The notes: a model not told the origin generated them from the letters alone. DNA of 64,000 nt from Clostridia bacterium (GCA_045534775.1 JAZSKI010000049.1:9254-73253), one strand, 5' to 3'; positions 1 through 9,454 are shown, numbered from the stretch's first letter. A program made the numbers and translations.

Positions 1-73
1 CAATTTTTTCACTGCCTGATGATGTACAACCGGTACCGCCGCAAACCAACACGTGAGCTCTGTATAATTCCAT
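1..73 (-). CDS. NuoF-like flavoprotein subunit of [FeFe]-hydrogenase/NADH dehydrogenase (HydB/HndC-like), N-terminal fragment; continues beyond the window start
   Basis: Reverse complement of 1-73 reads MELYRAHVLVCGGTGCTSSGSEKI. This is the thioredoxin-like [2Fe-2S] N-terminus typical of NuoF/HndC. The RBS AAGGAGGGG lies at 76-86 on the minus strand. It is the last gene of the operon 1528->1. Confidence 0.6.
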   Translation of the reverse strand, partial: MELYRAHVLVCGGTGCTSSGSEKI

Positions 74-92
74 TGTTTAAACCCCTCCTTAA

Positions 93-470
93 TTATTCCG
101 CCGCACCGATTGTATATTCGGTAACAACTTTACCGTTAACAATGTGGTCGTTTATAATTTTAACTGCCTTCTCAGGTGTAACCTTTACATAGGTAATCTT
201 TTCGCCTTCAGGTGAATATACCTCTACGATAGGCTCAAGACGGCACATACCTATACAGCCGGTCTGTGTTACCTTAACATGCTCCAGATTTCTTTTCTGA
301 GCTTCCTCAGCCAAAGCTGCAAGCACAGGTCTTGCACCTGCCGCAATACCACAGGTAGCCATACCTACAACTATTCTGTAGCCTGCTTCCTTATCGTTAC
401 GCATCTGTATGTTATTCTGCACTTGCTCTCTTATTTTTTTGAGTTCTTCAAGACTTTTCATTAAATTCAT
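93..470 (-). CDS. thioredoxin-like [2Fe-2S] ferredoxin (small hydrogenase-associated subunit)
   Basis: 125 aa. It carries the CGIAAGARP...TGCIGMC cysteine pattern of the NuoE/HndB-like 2Fe-2S fold. It is tightly packed with the neighbouring genes. Confidence 0.7.
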   Translation of the reverse strand: MNLMKSLEELKKIREQVQNNIQMRNDKEAGYRIVVGMATCGIAAGARPVLAALAEEAQKRNLEHVKVTQTGCIGMCRLEPIVEVYSPEGEKITYVKVTPEKAVKIINDHIVNGKVVTEYTIGAAE

Positions 471-476
471 TCCTTT

Positions 477-1028
477 CTAATAAGTTGTGGCACCAACGGA
501 CGCCAGCCCTTCATTTATATACTGTTTAATCCATTCCAGGACCTCGTATTCACTTAAAGGCACATCGCCCAAAGCATCTCTTATTTCCTTTGTATCGAAA
601 ACAAATTTCCCACTATCGGTAGTATGAGAATAAACAAAATCAAGCTCCGCATTCATAGATATAAGGGAAATCATCGTTCCCGTCATATCACCTAAAGGAC
701 TTCTGTCGATATTGTCATGCACAAAGGTCGCTGTGACCTTTGTTCCCACACCTTTTTCCGATTCAATTTTAAATTCACCGCCCGCCTGCTCTGCCGCCAT
801 TTTAAAAAGGGGCAATCCGAGTCCCACTTTTCTGGTAGTTCTAGTAGTGGTAAAGGGGTCAGTTACCTTACTCAAAAATTCCTCATCCATTCCGCAGCCG
901 TTATCGGTTATATGTATCGCAAGAACGTTTTTTTTAAGACTTTCTTCAATTTTAATACCTATCTCCGTAGCCTTTGCCGAAACTGAGTTTTGAGCTATAT
1001 CAAGTATATTAAGGGAGATCTCCTTCAT
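477..1028 (-). CDS. GHKL/HATPase_c-type ATP-binding protein (anti-sigma-factor/kinase-like) of hydrogenase operon
   Basis: 183 aa with the HATPase_c motifs ITDNGCGMD and GLGLPL. The 2-nt gaps to flanking genes indicate translational coupling. Confidence 0.65.
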   Translation of the reverse strand: MKEISLNILDIAQNSVSAKATEIGIKIEESLKKNVLAIHITDNGCGMDEEFLSKVTDPFTTTRTTRKVGLGLPLFKMAAEQAGGEFKIESEKGVGTKVTATFVHDNIDRSPLGDMTGTMISLISMNAELDFVYSHTTDSGKFVFDTKEIRDALGDVPLSEYEVLEWIKQYINEGLASVGATTY

Positions 1029-1030
1029 AA

Positions 1031-1528
1031 TTACATAGCCATATATTTAGCCAAAATTCCATCAACATCATCAACGGTAAGCTTGCCGTAAACCTCATCA
1101 TTTACAGTAAGTACAGGTGCAAGACCGCAGGCACCGATACAACGTGTTGCATCAATGGAGAATTTACCGTCAGATGTACAGGAGCCTACTTCAATACCAA
1201 GATTTTTCTTGAACTTTTCAAGAATATCGCCGCTGCCCTTAACATAGCAAGCCGTTCCGAGACAAACAGCAATCTGATACTGCCCCTTCGGTGTCAGCGA
1301 GAACTGCGTGTAGAAGGTAACAACACCGTAAATTTCCGTTAAAGAAATTCCTAAGCCTTCAGAAATAATTTTCTGAACCTCAATGGGCAAATACCCGTAA
1401 ATTTCCTGAGCGCCGTGAAGCACAGGGATAAGTGCACCCTGAACATCTTTGTAGCGTTCAATCAAAGCCAATAACTCTTTTTCCTGCTCTTTTGTACCCT
1501 TGAAAGCAGGCACTGCATTTTTAGCCAT
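1031..1528 (-). CDS. NADH-quinone oxidoreductase subunit E-like (HydC/NuoE) [2Fe-2S] protein
   Basis: 165 aa, containing CLGTACYVKG...CIGACGLAPV, the NuoE thioredoxin-like ferredoxin fold. Confidence 0.85.
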   Translation of the reverse strand: MAKNAVPAFKGTKEQEKELLALIERYKDVQGALIPVLHGAQEIYGYLPIEVQKIISEGLGISLTEIYGVVTFYTQFSLTPKGQYQIAVCLGTACYVKGSGDILEKFKKNLGIEVGSCTSDGKFSIDATRCIGACGLAPVLTVNDEVYGKLTVDDVDGILAKYMAM

Positions 1529-1582
1529 TATTTTTTCCTCCCATAATAGTAATTTTTAAACTCCATACCGCAAAGCGATACT

Positions 1583-1600
1583 TCGTTAAGTTTTTAACAA
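1583..1600 (-). promoter_or_regulatory. Rex (redox-sensing repressor) operator-like site upstream of the hydrogenase operon
   Basis: On the minus strand this reads TTGTTAAAAACTTAACGA. It matches the clostridial Rex box TTGTTAANNNNTTAACAA at 17 of 18 positions. A second palindrome TTGTGCACAA lies at 1605-1614. Confidence 0.4.
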
Positions 1601-1671
1601 TTTGTTGTGCACAAAAAACGCACAAATCAATTATAACATTTTTTTTAGAAAAAATCTATAGTCTTTTTAAA

Positions 1672-2388
1672 TTATAGTAGAAAATTATTCATGAAATTAA
1701 TGATTTTTTTTGTACATTTTTCACAATCCGACAAAAAATTCACTTTTTCGGAGATATCCCACAGAAAATGTGCATCGGAGCTACTGATGATATTATATGA
1801 CCTTTCAAGCCCGTTTTTAAGTACAAACTCCTCTGCTGTGGGCTTTTTTGATATTTCAACGGTGGTAAAACCATATTCCGGCGGTATCATACCAAGGTTC
1901 GAGATTACGGAATATGCCGATTTATCCACGTGCGCCGGAACAGGTGCTCCCCCGAAGCGTCGCACAAGGGCTGCTGCATCATCAATCTGAAGCGTCAACG
2001 CACAGCTGAGCAGCTGTTCAACATTTTCTTTAATGTTATCCTCTTCATCAAAAATGTACTGATTTCCGAAAATATCCACTCTGTTTTCTATGGGCTGACG
2101 ATATTTTCCTATTTCTTTTTCAAACTCTTCTGCCACATCTACGGTTTCGAAATAGCACAGCAAATGGATTTCTTCTGCCGTTTCCAGCTCCATACCCGGC
2201 AAAAGTAATATCCCCTGCTGCTTTGCAAGCTTTGATATAACCCGCAGATTTCCGACAGTGTTATGGTCCGTTACGGCAATGGCATCCAGCCCCTTTATCA
2301 TTGCCATATTAACTATATTATTCGGTGTCATATCATCGTCTCCGCAGGGTGACAACGCTGAGTGAATATGAAAATCATAATAAAACAT
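1672..2388 (-). CDS. PHP-domain phosphoesterase
   Basis: 238 aa. N-terminal MFYYDFHIHS...VTDHN shows the PHP metal-binding His/Asp pattern. Confidence 0.75.
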   Translation of the reverse strand: MFYYDFHIHSALSPCGDDDMTPNNIVNMAMIKGLDAIAVTDHNTVGNLRVISKLAKQQGILLLPGMELETAEEIHLLCYFETVDVAEEFEKEIGKYRQPIENRVDIFGNQYIFDEEDNIKENVEQLLSCALTLQIDDAAALVRRFGGAPVPAHVDKSAYSVISNLGMIPPEYGFTTVEISKKPTAEEFVLKNGLERSYNIISSSDAHFLWDISEKVNFLSDCEKCTKKIINFMNNFLL

Positions 2389-2413
2389 AATACTACCACT
2401 CCACAGCTGATAA

Positions 2414-3067
2414 TTAATAGCCTGCGTTTTCTCCCACTATAATCACCTTAATCCTGCCCTTGACCCGTTGTCTTGAGGAAATAAGCCAATCGGCACAAAT
2501 TCTGTCATCGCCGTCACAGCCCTTGAAGCTTTTCTCCGATACGCATACGCCTTTTTTACTGCAATAGGTGTCACAGCTTAATCTGACACAGTTTTTCGGC
2601 GCGGCTTCTTTTTTGATTCTTTGCACGCCTTCTTCTATATTTTTTACAATTTTATTTATACCTGCCACCATAATCACCGATTTCGGTCCGAAGGCAATAG
2701 CCGCTATTCTGTTGGCGTTTCCGTCACAGTTGATAAGCTCTCCTGTCTCCGTTAAAGCATTTGTACTGCAAAGATAATTATCTGCCCCAAAGGTTTTTCT
2801 GTAAATTTCAGGCACATCGGCATTTTCTGCATATCTATCAAAAAATTCGTATCTGCCGCCTCGGAGATAGTCTATAACTCCACATTCAAAAAGGCTCATA
2901 GACCCACCTACGGCTACACTCTCCCCTTCCGCCATCAATTTATCCAGAAGAGGGATAACCTCTGCCTTTGTTTCAACATAGTAGGCTTCCATATTATTTT
3001 TCTTTAAATTTTCCAATACCTTTTCAATATTCATATTCTCCGTCCTTTCTTCTGTTATATATAGCAT
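2414..3067 (-). CDS. LUD-domain protein (LutC-like, DUF162)
   Basis: 217 aa with lactate-utilisation C-like fold signatures. The start may be the internal Met at 3034, and there is a 44-nt overlap with the upstream MATE gene. Confidence 0.55.
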   Translation of the reverse strand: MLYITEERTENMNIEKVLENLKKNNMEAYYVETKAEVIPLLDKLMAEGESVAVGGSMSLFECGVIDYLRGGRYEFFDRYAENADVPEIYRKTFGADNYLCSTNALTETGELINCDGNANRIAAIAFGPKSVIMVAGINKIVKNIEEGVQRIKKEAAPKNCVRLSCDTYCSKKGVCVSEKSFKGCDGDDRICADWLISSRQRVKGRIKVIIVGENAGY

Positions 3068-4394
3068 ACAGCTTCTTAAAGCATCTCTTATAAAGCATCA
3101 GATGTGCAAGTGTTGTTATTATCCAAGAAATTAAATAGGATAAATAAAGGCACTCCATAGTCGGTACTATTTTAAACACTGTACATATCCAGATAATTCT
3201 GAAAACGCAAGCTCCAAGCAAGGATATGACCATAGGTTCTATTGAATAGCCTATTCCCCTCAACGCCCCTGCCGCTACCTCCATAGTGCCGCAGATGAAA
3301 TAACCGGTTATAATGTATTTCATTCTTAAAAGTCCATAATTAATAACCTCTATGTCCGTTGAATACATACCCAAAAGAGGCATTGCCAGCAGCATTACCA
3401 CCGCCGATAATACTGCACCTACCACCGTTACAAGTCCCATTGTAATGGGCAAGCCTTTCTTTATCCTGCCGAAATTCCCGCTGCCGATATTCTGACCGTT
3501 GTAGGTAATAATTCCGTGATGAAAAGCGTTCATCGCTATATAAACAAAGCCTTCTATGTTTCCTGCCGCCGCACTGCCTGCCATTGCAACTGCGCCAAAG
3601 GAATTTATTGAGGTCTGTATTATTATATTTGAAAAAGAAAAGCAAATTCCCTGTATTCCCGCAGGAAGCCCTGTTCTTGTAATATTCAGAAAGGCTTTTT
3701 TATGAATTTTAAGCTTCCTGATTTCCAAAAGCCCCTGCGACCCTTTTAAACAGCCGATGGTACAAAAAGCCGATATGTATTGAGATATTATGGTAGCAAG
3801 AGCAACTCCCGCCACATCCATTTTAAATTTTATTACAAACAGCAGGTTGAGTGCCACATTTATTACTCCCGATACGGTAAGAAAATAAAGGGGGCGTCTC
3901 GTATCGCCCATAGCACGAAGTATTCCGCTTCCGAAATTATACAGCATAAGCCCCGGTGCACCCAAAAAATATATCCGCAGATACAGGGTTGACAGGTCAA
4001 TGACCTCCTTCGGGGAATCCATAATTTTAAGCATCATCCTCGAAAATACTATCCCTATCGCCATCACTATAAGTCCGCTGAAAAATCCCATAGCTACAGC
4101 TGTATGAGAAACCTCTTCCATATCCCTTCGGTCTTTTGCACCTATCGCCCGTGACATAGTAACATTTACGCCGATGGAAAGTCCTACAAAGACATTGATA
4201 ATAAAATTTATCAGACTGCTCGTAGAGCCTACCGCCGCCAGGGAGTTGCCACCTGCAAACCTACCCACAATCACCACATCTGCCGCATTATAAATAAGCT
4301 GTAATATTCCCGAAAGTGCAAGAGGCAGTGTATAAAGCAACATATTTTTTACTATACTCCCCTTGCTCATATCTATTTCATATTTACCTTGCAT
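3024..4394 (-). CDS. MATE family efflux transporter
   Basis: 456 aa with 12 predicted TM segments and typical MATE N-terminal motifs. Confidence 0.85.
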   Translation of the reverse strand: MQGKYEIDMSKGSIVKNMLLYTLPLALSGILQLIYNAADVVIVGRFAGGNSLAAVGSTSSLINFIINVFVGLSIGVNVTMSRAIGAKDRRDMEEVSHTAVAMGFFSGLIVMAIGIVFSRMMLKIMDSPKEVIDLSTLYLRIYFLGAPGLMLYNFGSGILRAMGDTRRPLYFLTVSGVINVALNLLFVIKFKMDVAGVALATIISQYISAFCTIGCLKGSQGLLEIRKLKIHKKAFLNITRTGLPAGIQGICFSFSNIIIQTSINSFGAVAMAGSAAAGNIEGFVYIAMNAFHHGIITYNGQNIGSGNFGRIKKGLPITMGLVTVVGAVLSAVVMLLAMPLLGMYSTDIEVINYGLLRMKYIITGYFICGTMEVAAGALRGIGYSIEPMVISLLGACVFRIIWICTVFKIVPTMECLYLSYLISWIITTLAHLMLYKRCFKKLYAIYNRRKDGEYEY

Positions 4395-4415
4395 ACTATC
4401 ACTCTTTTCATATCT

Positions 4416-4444
4416 ATTCTACCACAAAAAAATCCATTTTGCAA
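4416..4444 (-). promoter_or_regulatory. sigma-A-type promoter for MATE gene (TTGCAA-17-TAGAAT)
   Basis: Read on the minus strand with a 17-nt spacer. The -35 box is embedded in a 15-mer that is repeated at 21277-21291. Confidence 0.4.
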
Positions 4445-4491
4445 TAGCTTTGGGTATTTATTTCCAAAATTTATTTTTTATTTAAAACATA

Positions 4492-4520
4492 TTGACTAAA
4501 ATGTAATAATATGGTATAAT
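4492..4520 (+). promoter_or_regulatory. consensus sigma-A promoter TTGACT-17-TGnTATAAT
   Basis: TTGACT at 4492-4497 and TATAAT at 4515-4520, with an upstream TG (extended -10). The RBS AAAGGAGG lies at 4538-4546. Confidence 0.6.
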
Positions 4521-4554
4521 CAAGATATAGAATTTAAAAAGGAGGTTTTGTCTT

Positions 4555-4959
4555 ATGAAATCCACCGGTATTGTTCGTAAGGTTGACCAGCTTGGTCGAA
4601 TCGTAATTCCGAAAGAGCTTCGCAGGACATTAAATCTTGTTGAAAATAAAGATTCCCTTGAAATTTATATTGAAAAAAATACTATTCTTTTAAAGAAATT
4701 CGTTGGTGGTGACGAAAAAAGCAGTATGACCCGCGGCATCGACCCTCTGGGTCGAATTGTTCTGCCTATTGAGCTTCGCCGTCGTCTGGATATTGCGGAA
4801 GAAAGGGATTCCCTTGAAATATATATAGACCACACCACCATAATACTTAAGAAATATGAACCGGCGTGTGTGTTCTGCCAGAACGCCCGCAATGTTTTCA
4901 CCTTTAAGGGTAAGAATATCTGCCCCGCCTGTCTGGAGGAGCTTAAAGCTATAAACTAA
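4555..4959 (+). CDS. AbrB/SpoVT-family transcriptional regulator with two tandem AbrB N-domains and C-terminal CxxC...CxxC zinc ribbon
   Basis: 134 aa. Residues 1-50 (MKSTGIVRKVDQLGRIVIPKELRRTL...) and 57-105 (MTRGIDPLGRIVLPIELRRRL...) are two copies of the swapped-hairpin AbrB domain. The C-terminus reads CVFCQN...CPAC. Confidence 0.75.
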   Translation: MKSTGIVRKVDQLGRIVIPKELRRTLNLVENKDSLEIYIEKNTILLKKFVGGDEKSSMTRGIDPLGRIVLPIELRRRLDIAEERDSLEIYIDHTTIILKKYEPACVFCQNARNVFTFKGKNICPACLEELKAIN

Positions 4960-4963
4960 ACCG

Positions 4964-5003
4964 ATGAGAAGTCTTGCGAGGGCAAGGGCTTCTCATACTT
5001 TTA
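4964..5003 (+). terminator. rho-independent terminator
   Basis: Nested hairpin atgagaag-tcttgc-gagg-gcaag-ggcttctcat followed by ACTTTTAAT. Confidence 0.55.
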
Positions 5004-5016
5004 ATGGAGGATTATT

Positions 5017-5832
5017 ATGTTTATTGAAATTATAAAATCTTGTGTTCTGGGAATAATTCAGGGTATTACCGAATGGTTGCCCATCAGCAGTACAGGTCAT
5101 CTTATTCTCGTAAATGAATTTCTGAAGCTGAACTGTTCAGAGGAATTCTGGAGTCTCTATGAGGTTATAATTCAGCTTGGGTCAATCCTCGCCGTGCTTG
5201 TGCTTTATTTTTACAGGCTCAACCCCTTCTCTCCGAAGAAAACCTCCGAAGAGAAAAAAAGCACCTTTAATATGTGGTTCAAGGTAATTATCGGCTCCTT
5301 GCCTGTAGCGGTTATCGGCGTGCTGTTTAATGACTATATCCCCGACCATCCTTTCGTTATTGCGGCGGCACTTATAGCTTACGGTGTGCTGTTCATTGTA
5401 ATCGAGAAGATGTCAAAAAAACCGAAAACCAATTCCATTGAAGGAATGTCCTTCTTGAAATCCTTGGGTATAGGTCTGTTTCAGACGCTTTCCATTATTC
5501 CCGGCACCTCTCGGAGCGGTTCAACCATCATGGGTGCTGTAATACTCGGCACTTCACGACCCGTGGCGGCTGAATATTCTTTTTTTCTTGCAATACCCGC
5601 TATGGTTGGTGCAAGTCTTCTCCGTGTATATAAATTCATAAAAGAATGCGGCCTTGTTTTTACTTCCACAGAAATCGTTGTAATGCTGACGGGTATGGCA
5701 GTCTCCTTTGTTGTATCGGTATTTGCTATTAAATTCCTGATGGATTATATTAAAAAACACGATTTCACTGCCTTTGGATATTACAGAATTATCTTAGGTA
5801 TTATAGTGCTTCTTTATTTTGCATTCATTTAA
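5017..5832 (+). CDS. uppP: undecaprenyl-diphosphatase
   Basis: 271 aa with the BacA/UppP motifs QGITEWLPISSTGH and PGTSRSG. Confidence 0.9.
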   Translation: MFIEIIKSCVLGIIQGITEWLPISSTGHLILVNEFLKLNCSEEFWSLYEVIIQLGSILAVLVLYFYRLNPFSPKKTSEEKKSTFNMWFKVIIGSLPVAVIGVLFNDYIPDHPFVIAAALIAYGVLFIVIEKMSKKPKTNSIEGMSFLKSLGIGLFQTLSIIPGTSRSGSTIMGAVILGTSRPVAAEYSFFLAIPAMVGASLLRVYKFIKECGLVFTSTEIVVMLTGMAVSFVVSVFAIKFLMDYIKKHDFTAFGYYRIILGIIVLLYFAFI

Positions 5833-5846
5833 AGGAAGGATAAAAA

Positions 5847-8213
5847 TTGAACACAAAGATATATAAAATACTTGAATATAATAAAATATTACAGTTTCTT
5901 GCCGACAGCGCCGTAACGGGCGAAGCCAAAAAGCAACTGCTTGCTCTTACCCCTTCGGTGGGTTTTGATGAGGTTGAAGCCTTGCAGAAAGCCACCTCTC
6001 AGGCTACTTCCATGCTTGTTATGCACGGGGCGGCACCGATTGTTGCCGTCCCCGATATTCGTGCCGCTGTAAACCGCAGTAAGCTTGGTGGTGTTCTCTC
6101 CCTTTCGGAATTATTGGGCGTAGGGGCTGTTTTGCGATGTGCAAAAAACCTGATTGCCTATATGGATAAAGGCGAAAAATTTGATATTCTGCAATCTATG
6201 TGCAGTAATCTTACCACCATGCCCGATTTGCAGCGGGATATTTCAAACAGCATTTTAGGCGAGGATACCGTAGCCGATAACGCCAGCGGTGAGCTGGCGG
6301 CGCTTCGCCGTAAAATTTTACAGCTGAATAATAAAATCAAGGATATTCTGAATGATATGCTTCGTTCGGCGGAAACTCAAAAATATTTGCAGGAGCCTAT
6401 TGTCACTATGCGCGGTGACAGATATGTTTTGCCTGTTAAAAACGAAAACCGCAATAATGTTCCCGGAATATTACACGACACCTCTGCTACGGGTGCAACA
6501 GCCTTTATCGAACCTATGGCTGTAGTGCAAACTAACAATCTTCTCCGTGATGTTATAGTTGCCGAGCAACGTGAAATTGAACGTATTATAGCTGATTTTT
6601 CAGCCCGTGTTGCTCTTTGTGCCGATATAATTTTGGAAAACTACCGTATTATAATTGAAAGTGATGTTTTATTTACAAAAGCGTCATTCTGCAACAAGTT
6701 GAAATGCACAGAACCTGTTTTAAACCGTGAAGGTCAGCTTGTAATCAAAAAAGGCAGACATCCACTTCTTGACAAAAAAACCGTGGTCCCCGTTGATATT
6801 TATATAGGTGGTGATTTTGACACTCTCGTTATAACCGGACCCAATACGGGTGGCAAAACCGTAACCTTAAAGACCGTAGGTCTGTTTGCCCTTATGTGCC
6901 AATCAGGGCTTCAGCTACCTGCAGATTCAGGCACGATAATGCCCGTTTACAGCAATATTTTTGCCGACATTGGTGATGAACAGAGTATTGAGCAAAGTCT
7001 CAGTACCTTCTCGTCTCACATGGTAAATATTGTAGATATTTTAAACCTTGTTGAGCCTAATACCTTAGCTTTGTTTGATGAACTCGGAGCAGGTACCGAC
7101 CCGGATGAAGGCGCAGCGCTTGCCATTGAAATTTTAGAATATATGCGCAGCTGCGGTGCGTCTTCCATTGCCACAACCCATTACAGTGAGCTTAAAATGT
7201 ATGCTCTTTCAACAGACAGAGTTGAAAATGCCTCCTGCGAATTTGATGTGGCAACTCTCAGACCTACCTACAGACTTTTAATCAGCGTTCCCGGGAAATC
7301 CAATGCCTTTGCTATTTCAAAGAGACTCGGACTCTATGATACCATTATTGAAAAAGCATCCGCCCGAATGACAGCAGAAAGTGTCAGATTTGAAGATATA
7401 GTATCAGAGCTGCAGCAAAAACGTGAAGCCGCTGCCACAGCTTATGATGAAGCGGTAAAAATGCGTAACGAGGCGGCATCCCTCCGCGGGTCCCTCAAAA
7501 AGGAGAAGGATACCATCAAGGACCGCCGTGAAAAGCTGTTGGAGGATGCTCGCCGTGAGGCTCAGGAAATAATTTTAAAAGCTCAGGAGGAAACGGATAT
7601 TCTGCTTAAGGAAGCCCGCCGGCTTTCTGCCGAGCTGGGCGAAAAGGACAGCATCAGGCAGATGGAGCAGGTGCGTTCGGAAATACGTCAAAAAGGCTCC
7701 GTTGCCGATAAACAGTTACGTAAAAATCAGCAGAAATCCAACACTAAAATCAGCGAAATCAAGCTTGGAATGACCATAGATATTTTATCTGTTGATGAGC
7801 GCGGTACGGTTTTATCCCTCCCCAATCAAAACGGTGATTTTACTGCTATGGTTGGTATTATGAAGCTTAAAACCAACGTCCGTGACGTTAAAATCGTAAA
7901 TGACAGCAGTGCAAAACAGGGTGTTAAAATTATTGAAAGCCGCAAAAATATATCCAGCCGTTCCATGAACATTAAAACGGAACTCGATTTGCGGGGTTTT
8001 ACCGCCTATGATGCTATTATGGAAGTGGATAAATTTATAGACGATGCCTTGCTCGCATCTCTGCCGAAGGTGTCCATTATTCACGGCAAAGGTACGGGCG
8101 CTTTACGTGCCGCACTCCATGACCATCTCCGTAAAAACAAGCTGGTAAAAACCTTCCGTCTCGGAAGTTACGGCGAAGGTGACAGCGGAGTTACCATAAT
8201 TGAATTTAAGTAA
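5847..8213 (+). CDS. mutS2: endonuclease MutS2 (MutS domain + C-terminal Smr)
   Basis: 788 aa. Walker A GPNTGGKT and a C-terminal Smr domain (LDLRG...IIHGKGTG). TTG start. Confidence 0.9.
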   Translation: MNTKIYKILEYNKILQFLADSAVTGEAKKQLLALTPSVGFDEVEALQKATSQATSMLVMHGAAPIVAVPDIRAAVNRSKLGGVLSLSELLGVGAVLRCAKNLIAYMDKGEKFDILQSMCSNLTTMPDLQRDISNSILGEDTVADNASGELAALRRKILQLNNKIKDILNDMLRSAETQKYLQEPIVTMRGDRYVLPVKNENRNNVPGILHDTSATGATAFIEPMAVVQTNNLLRDVIVAEQREIERIIADFSARVALCADIILENYRIIIESDVLFTKASFCNKLKCTEPVLNREGQLVIKKGRHPLLDKKTVVPVDIYIGGDFDTLVITGPNTGGKTVTLKTVGLFALMCQSGLQLPADSGTIMPVYSNIFADIGDEQSIEQSLSTFSSHMVNIVDILNLVEPNTLALFDELGAGTDPDEGAALAIEILEYMRSCGASSIATTHYSELKMYALSTDRVENASCEFDVATLRPTYRLLISVPGKSNAFAISKRLGLYDTIIEKASARMTAESVRFEDIVSELQQKREAAATAYDEAVKMRNEAASLRGSLKKEKDTIKDRREKLLEDARREAQEIILKAQEETDILLKEARRLSAELGEKDSIRQMEQVRSEIRQKGSVADKQLRKNQQKSNTKISEIKLGMTIDILSVDERGTVLSLPNQNGDFTAMVGIMKLKTNVRDVKIVNDSSAKQGVKIIESRKNISSRSMNIKTELDLRGFTAYDAIMEVDKFIDDALLASLPKVSIIHGKGTGALRAALHDHLRKNKLVKTFRLGSYGEGDSGVTIIEFK

Positions 8214-8239
8214 AAATATACAAATGCGGGGTGTCTATT

Positions 8240-8635
8240 ATGAAAATCAGTCATTTCACCGAAAAGGTTATTAAATTTATATTTGAATGTATAGTTGTTA
8301 TCTGCTGTCTTACCCTGTCCCATTTCAGTCACAGCATAATACTTGAGATAGCCGATGTCTTTTTGCTTGTATTTTTGTGCGTTACCCTGACGGTTAATAT
8401 TCTTAACGTCCTGAAACACAATGTTCATTACGACAAAGAAACTGTGCATAAAGAAAGAACTGCGGCAGAGATAGCAATAATAGGACTTATTATACTTATG
8501 ATGCTGTTCTCCCTGGCAAATACTTTTTTTGATTTGCATATTCAGGTTACACCTAAATTAACGGATATTATTTTATATTCGGTTTTAGCGTTGAGAGACG
8601 GCATATACATTTATCTCAGCAAAAGAAAAAAATAA
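8240..8635 (+). CDS. hypothetical small membrane protein (about 4 TM)
   Basis: The ORF track starts it at GTG 8231; ATG 8240 is more likely. It is hydrophobic and has no recognisable family. Confidence 0.45.
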   Translation: MKISHFTEKVIKFIFECIVVICCLTLSHFSHSIILEIADVFLLVFLCVTLTVNILNVLKHNVHYDKETVHKERTAAEIAIIGLIILMMLFSLANTFFDLHIQVTPKLTDIILYSVLALRDGIYIYLSKRKK

Positions 8636-8668
8636 TTTAACCGATATTCATTTTAAGGAGATTCAAAA

Positions 8669-9454
8669 TTGAAAAGGCATATTAAAAACGACCTGGTTTA
8701 TTATACAGATGAAGCGCTTGACCAATCAGGAAATATTACCCACGTTTTCACAACCCGCCTCGGCGGTGTCAGTAAAGGTAGTCTTTCTTCCCTTAATATG
8801 GGCGTTAACCGCCCTGACACACGTGAGAATATTCTGGAAAATTACCGCCGCGTTTGCGATACCGTAGGCTTGGATTATACCCGCTGTGTTTTAGCACAGC
8901 AAGCTCACACGTCAAATATCCGCATTGTAACAGAAGCCGATGCAGGTAAAGGACTGATTGTTCCTTCTGATATTAAAGATACTGATGGTCTTGTCACCAA
9001 CATAAAAAATCTCCCGCTGGTGATTTTTTATGCCGATTGCGTTCCTGTTTTACTTTATGACGAGACGTCTCACGTAATTGCGACTGTTCATTCGGGTTGG
9101 CGGGGAACCGTCTCTAAAATTGCCGAAAATGCAATTAATATAATGAACTCCCGGTTCGGTTGCCGTCCTGAAAATATTACCGCCGTTATAGGTCCTTCCC
9201 TATGCAGGGAGCATTTTGAAACCGGTCTTGATGTAGCGGAGAAATTTTCCTCTTATCCCCGGTGCATAGTCTATAAAAATGACAAAGCATATATAGATTT
9301 GTGGCAGGTTAACCGACAAATTCTGCAAAACTGCGGTGTCAGCAATATAAATATTTCAGGTCTTTGCACCGTCTGCGATACTTATGAGTTTTTCTCCCAT
9401 CGCGGGTGCGGTCCGGATACCGGCAGAATGGCTCTGATTGCTTGTTTGAAATAG
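8669..9454 (+). CDS. pgeF: peptidoglycan editing factor PgeF / YfiH (DUF152) family protein
   Basis: 261 aa with the conserved HSGWRGT motif. TTG start. Confidence 0.8.
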   Translation: MKRHIKNDLVYYTDEALDQSGNITHVFTTRLGGVSKGSLSSLNMGVNRPDTRENILENYRRVCDTVGLDYTRCVLAQQAHTSNIRIVTEADAGKGLIVPSDIKDTDGLVTNIKNLPLVIFYADCVPVLLYDETSHVIATVHSGWRGTVSKIAENAINIMNSRFGCRPENITAVIGPSLCREHFETGLDVAEKFSSYPRCIVYKNDKAYIDLWQVNRQILQNCGVSNINISGLCTVCDTYEFFSHRGCGPDTGRMALIACLK

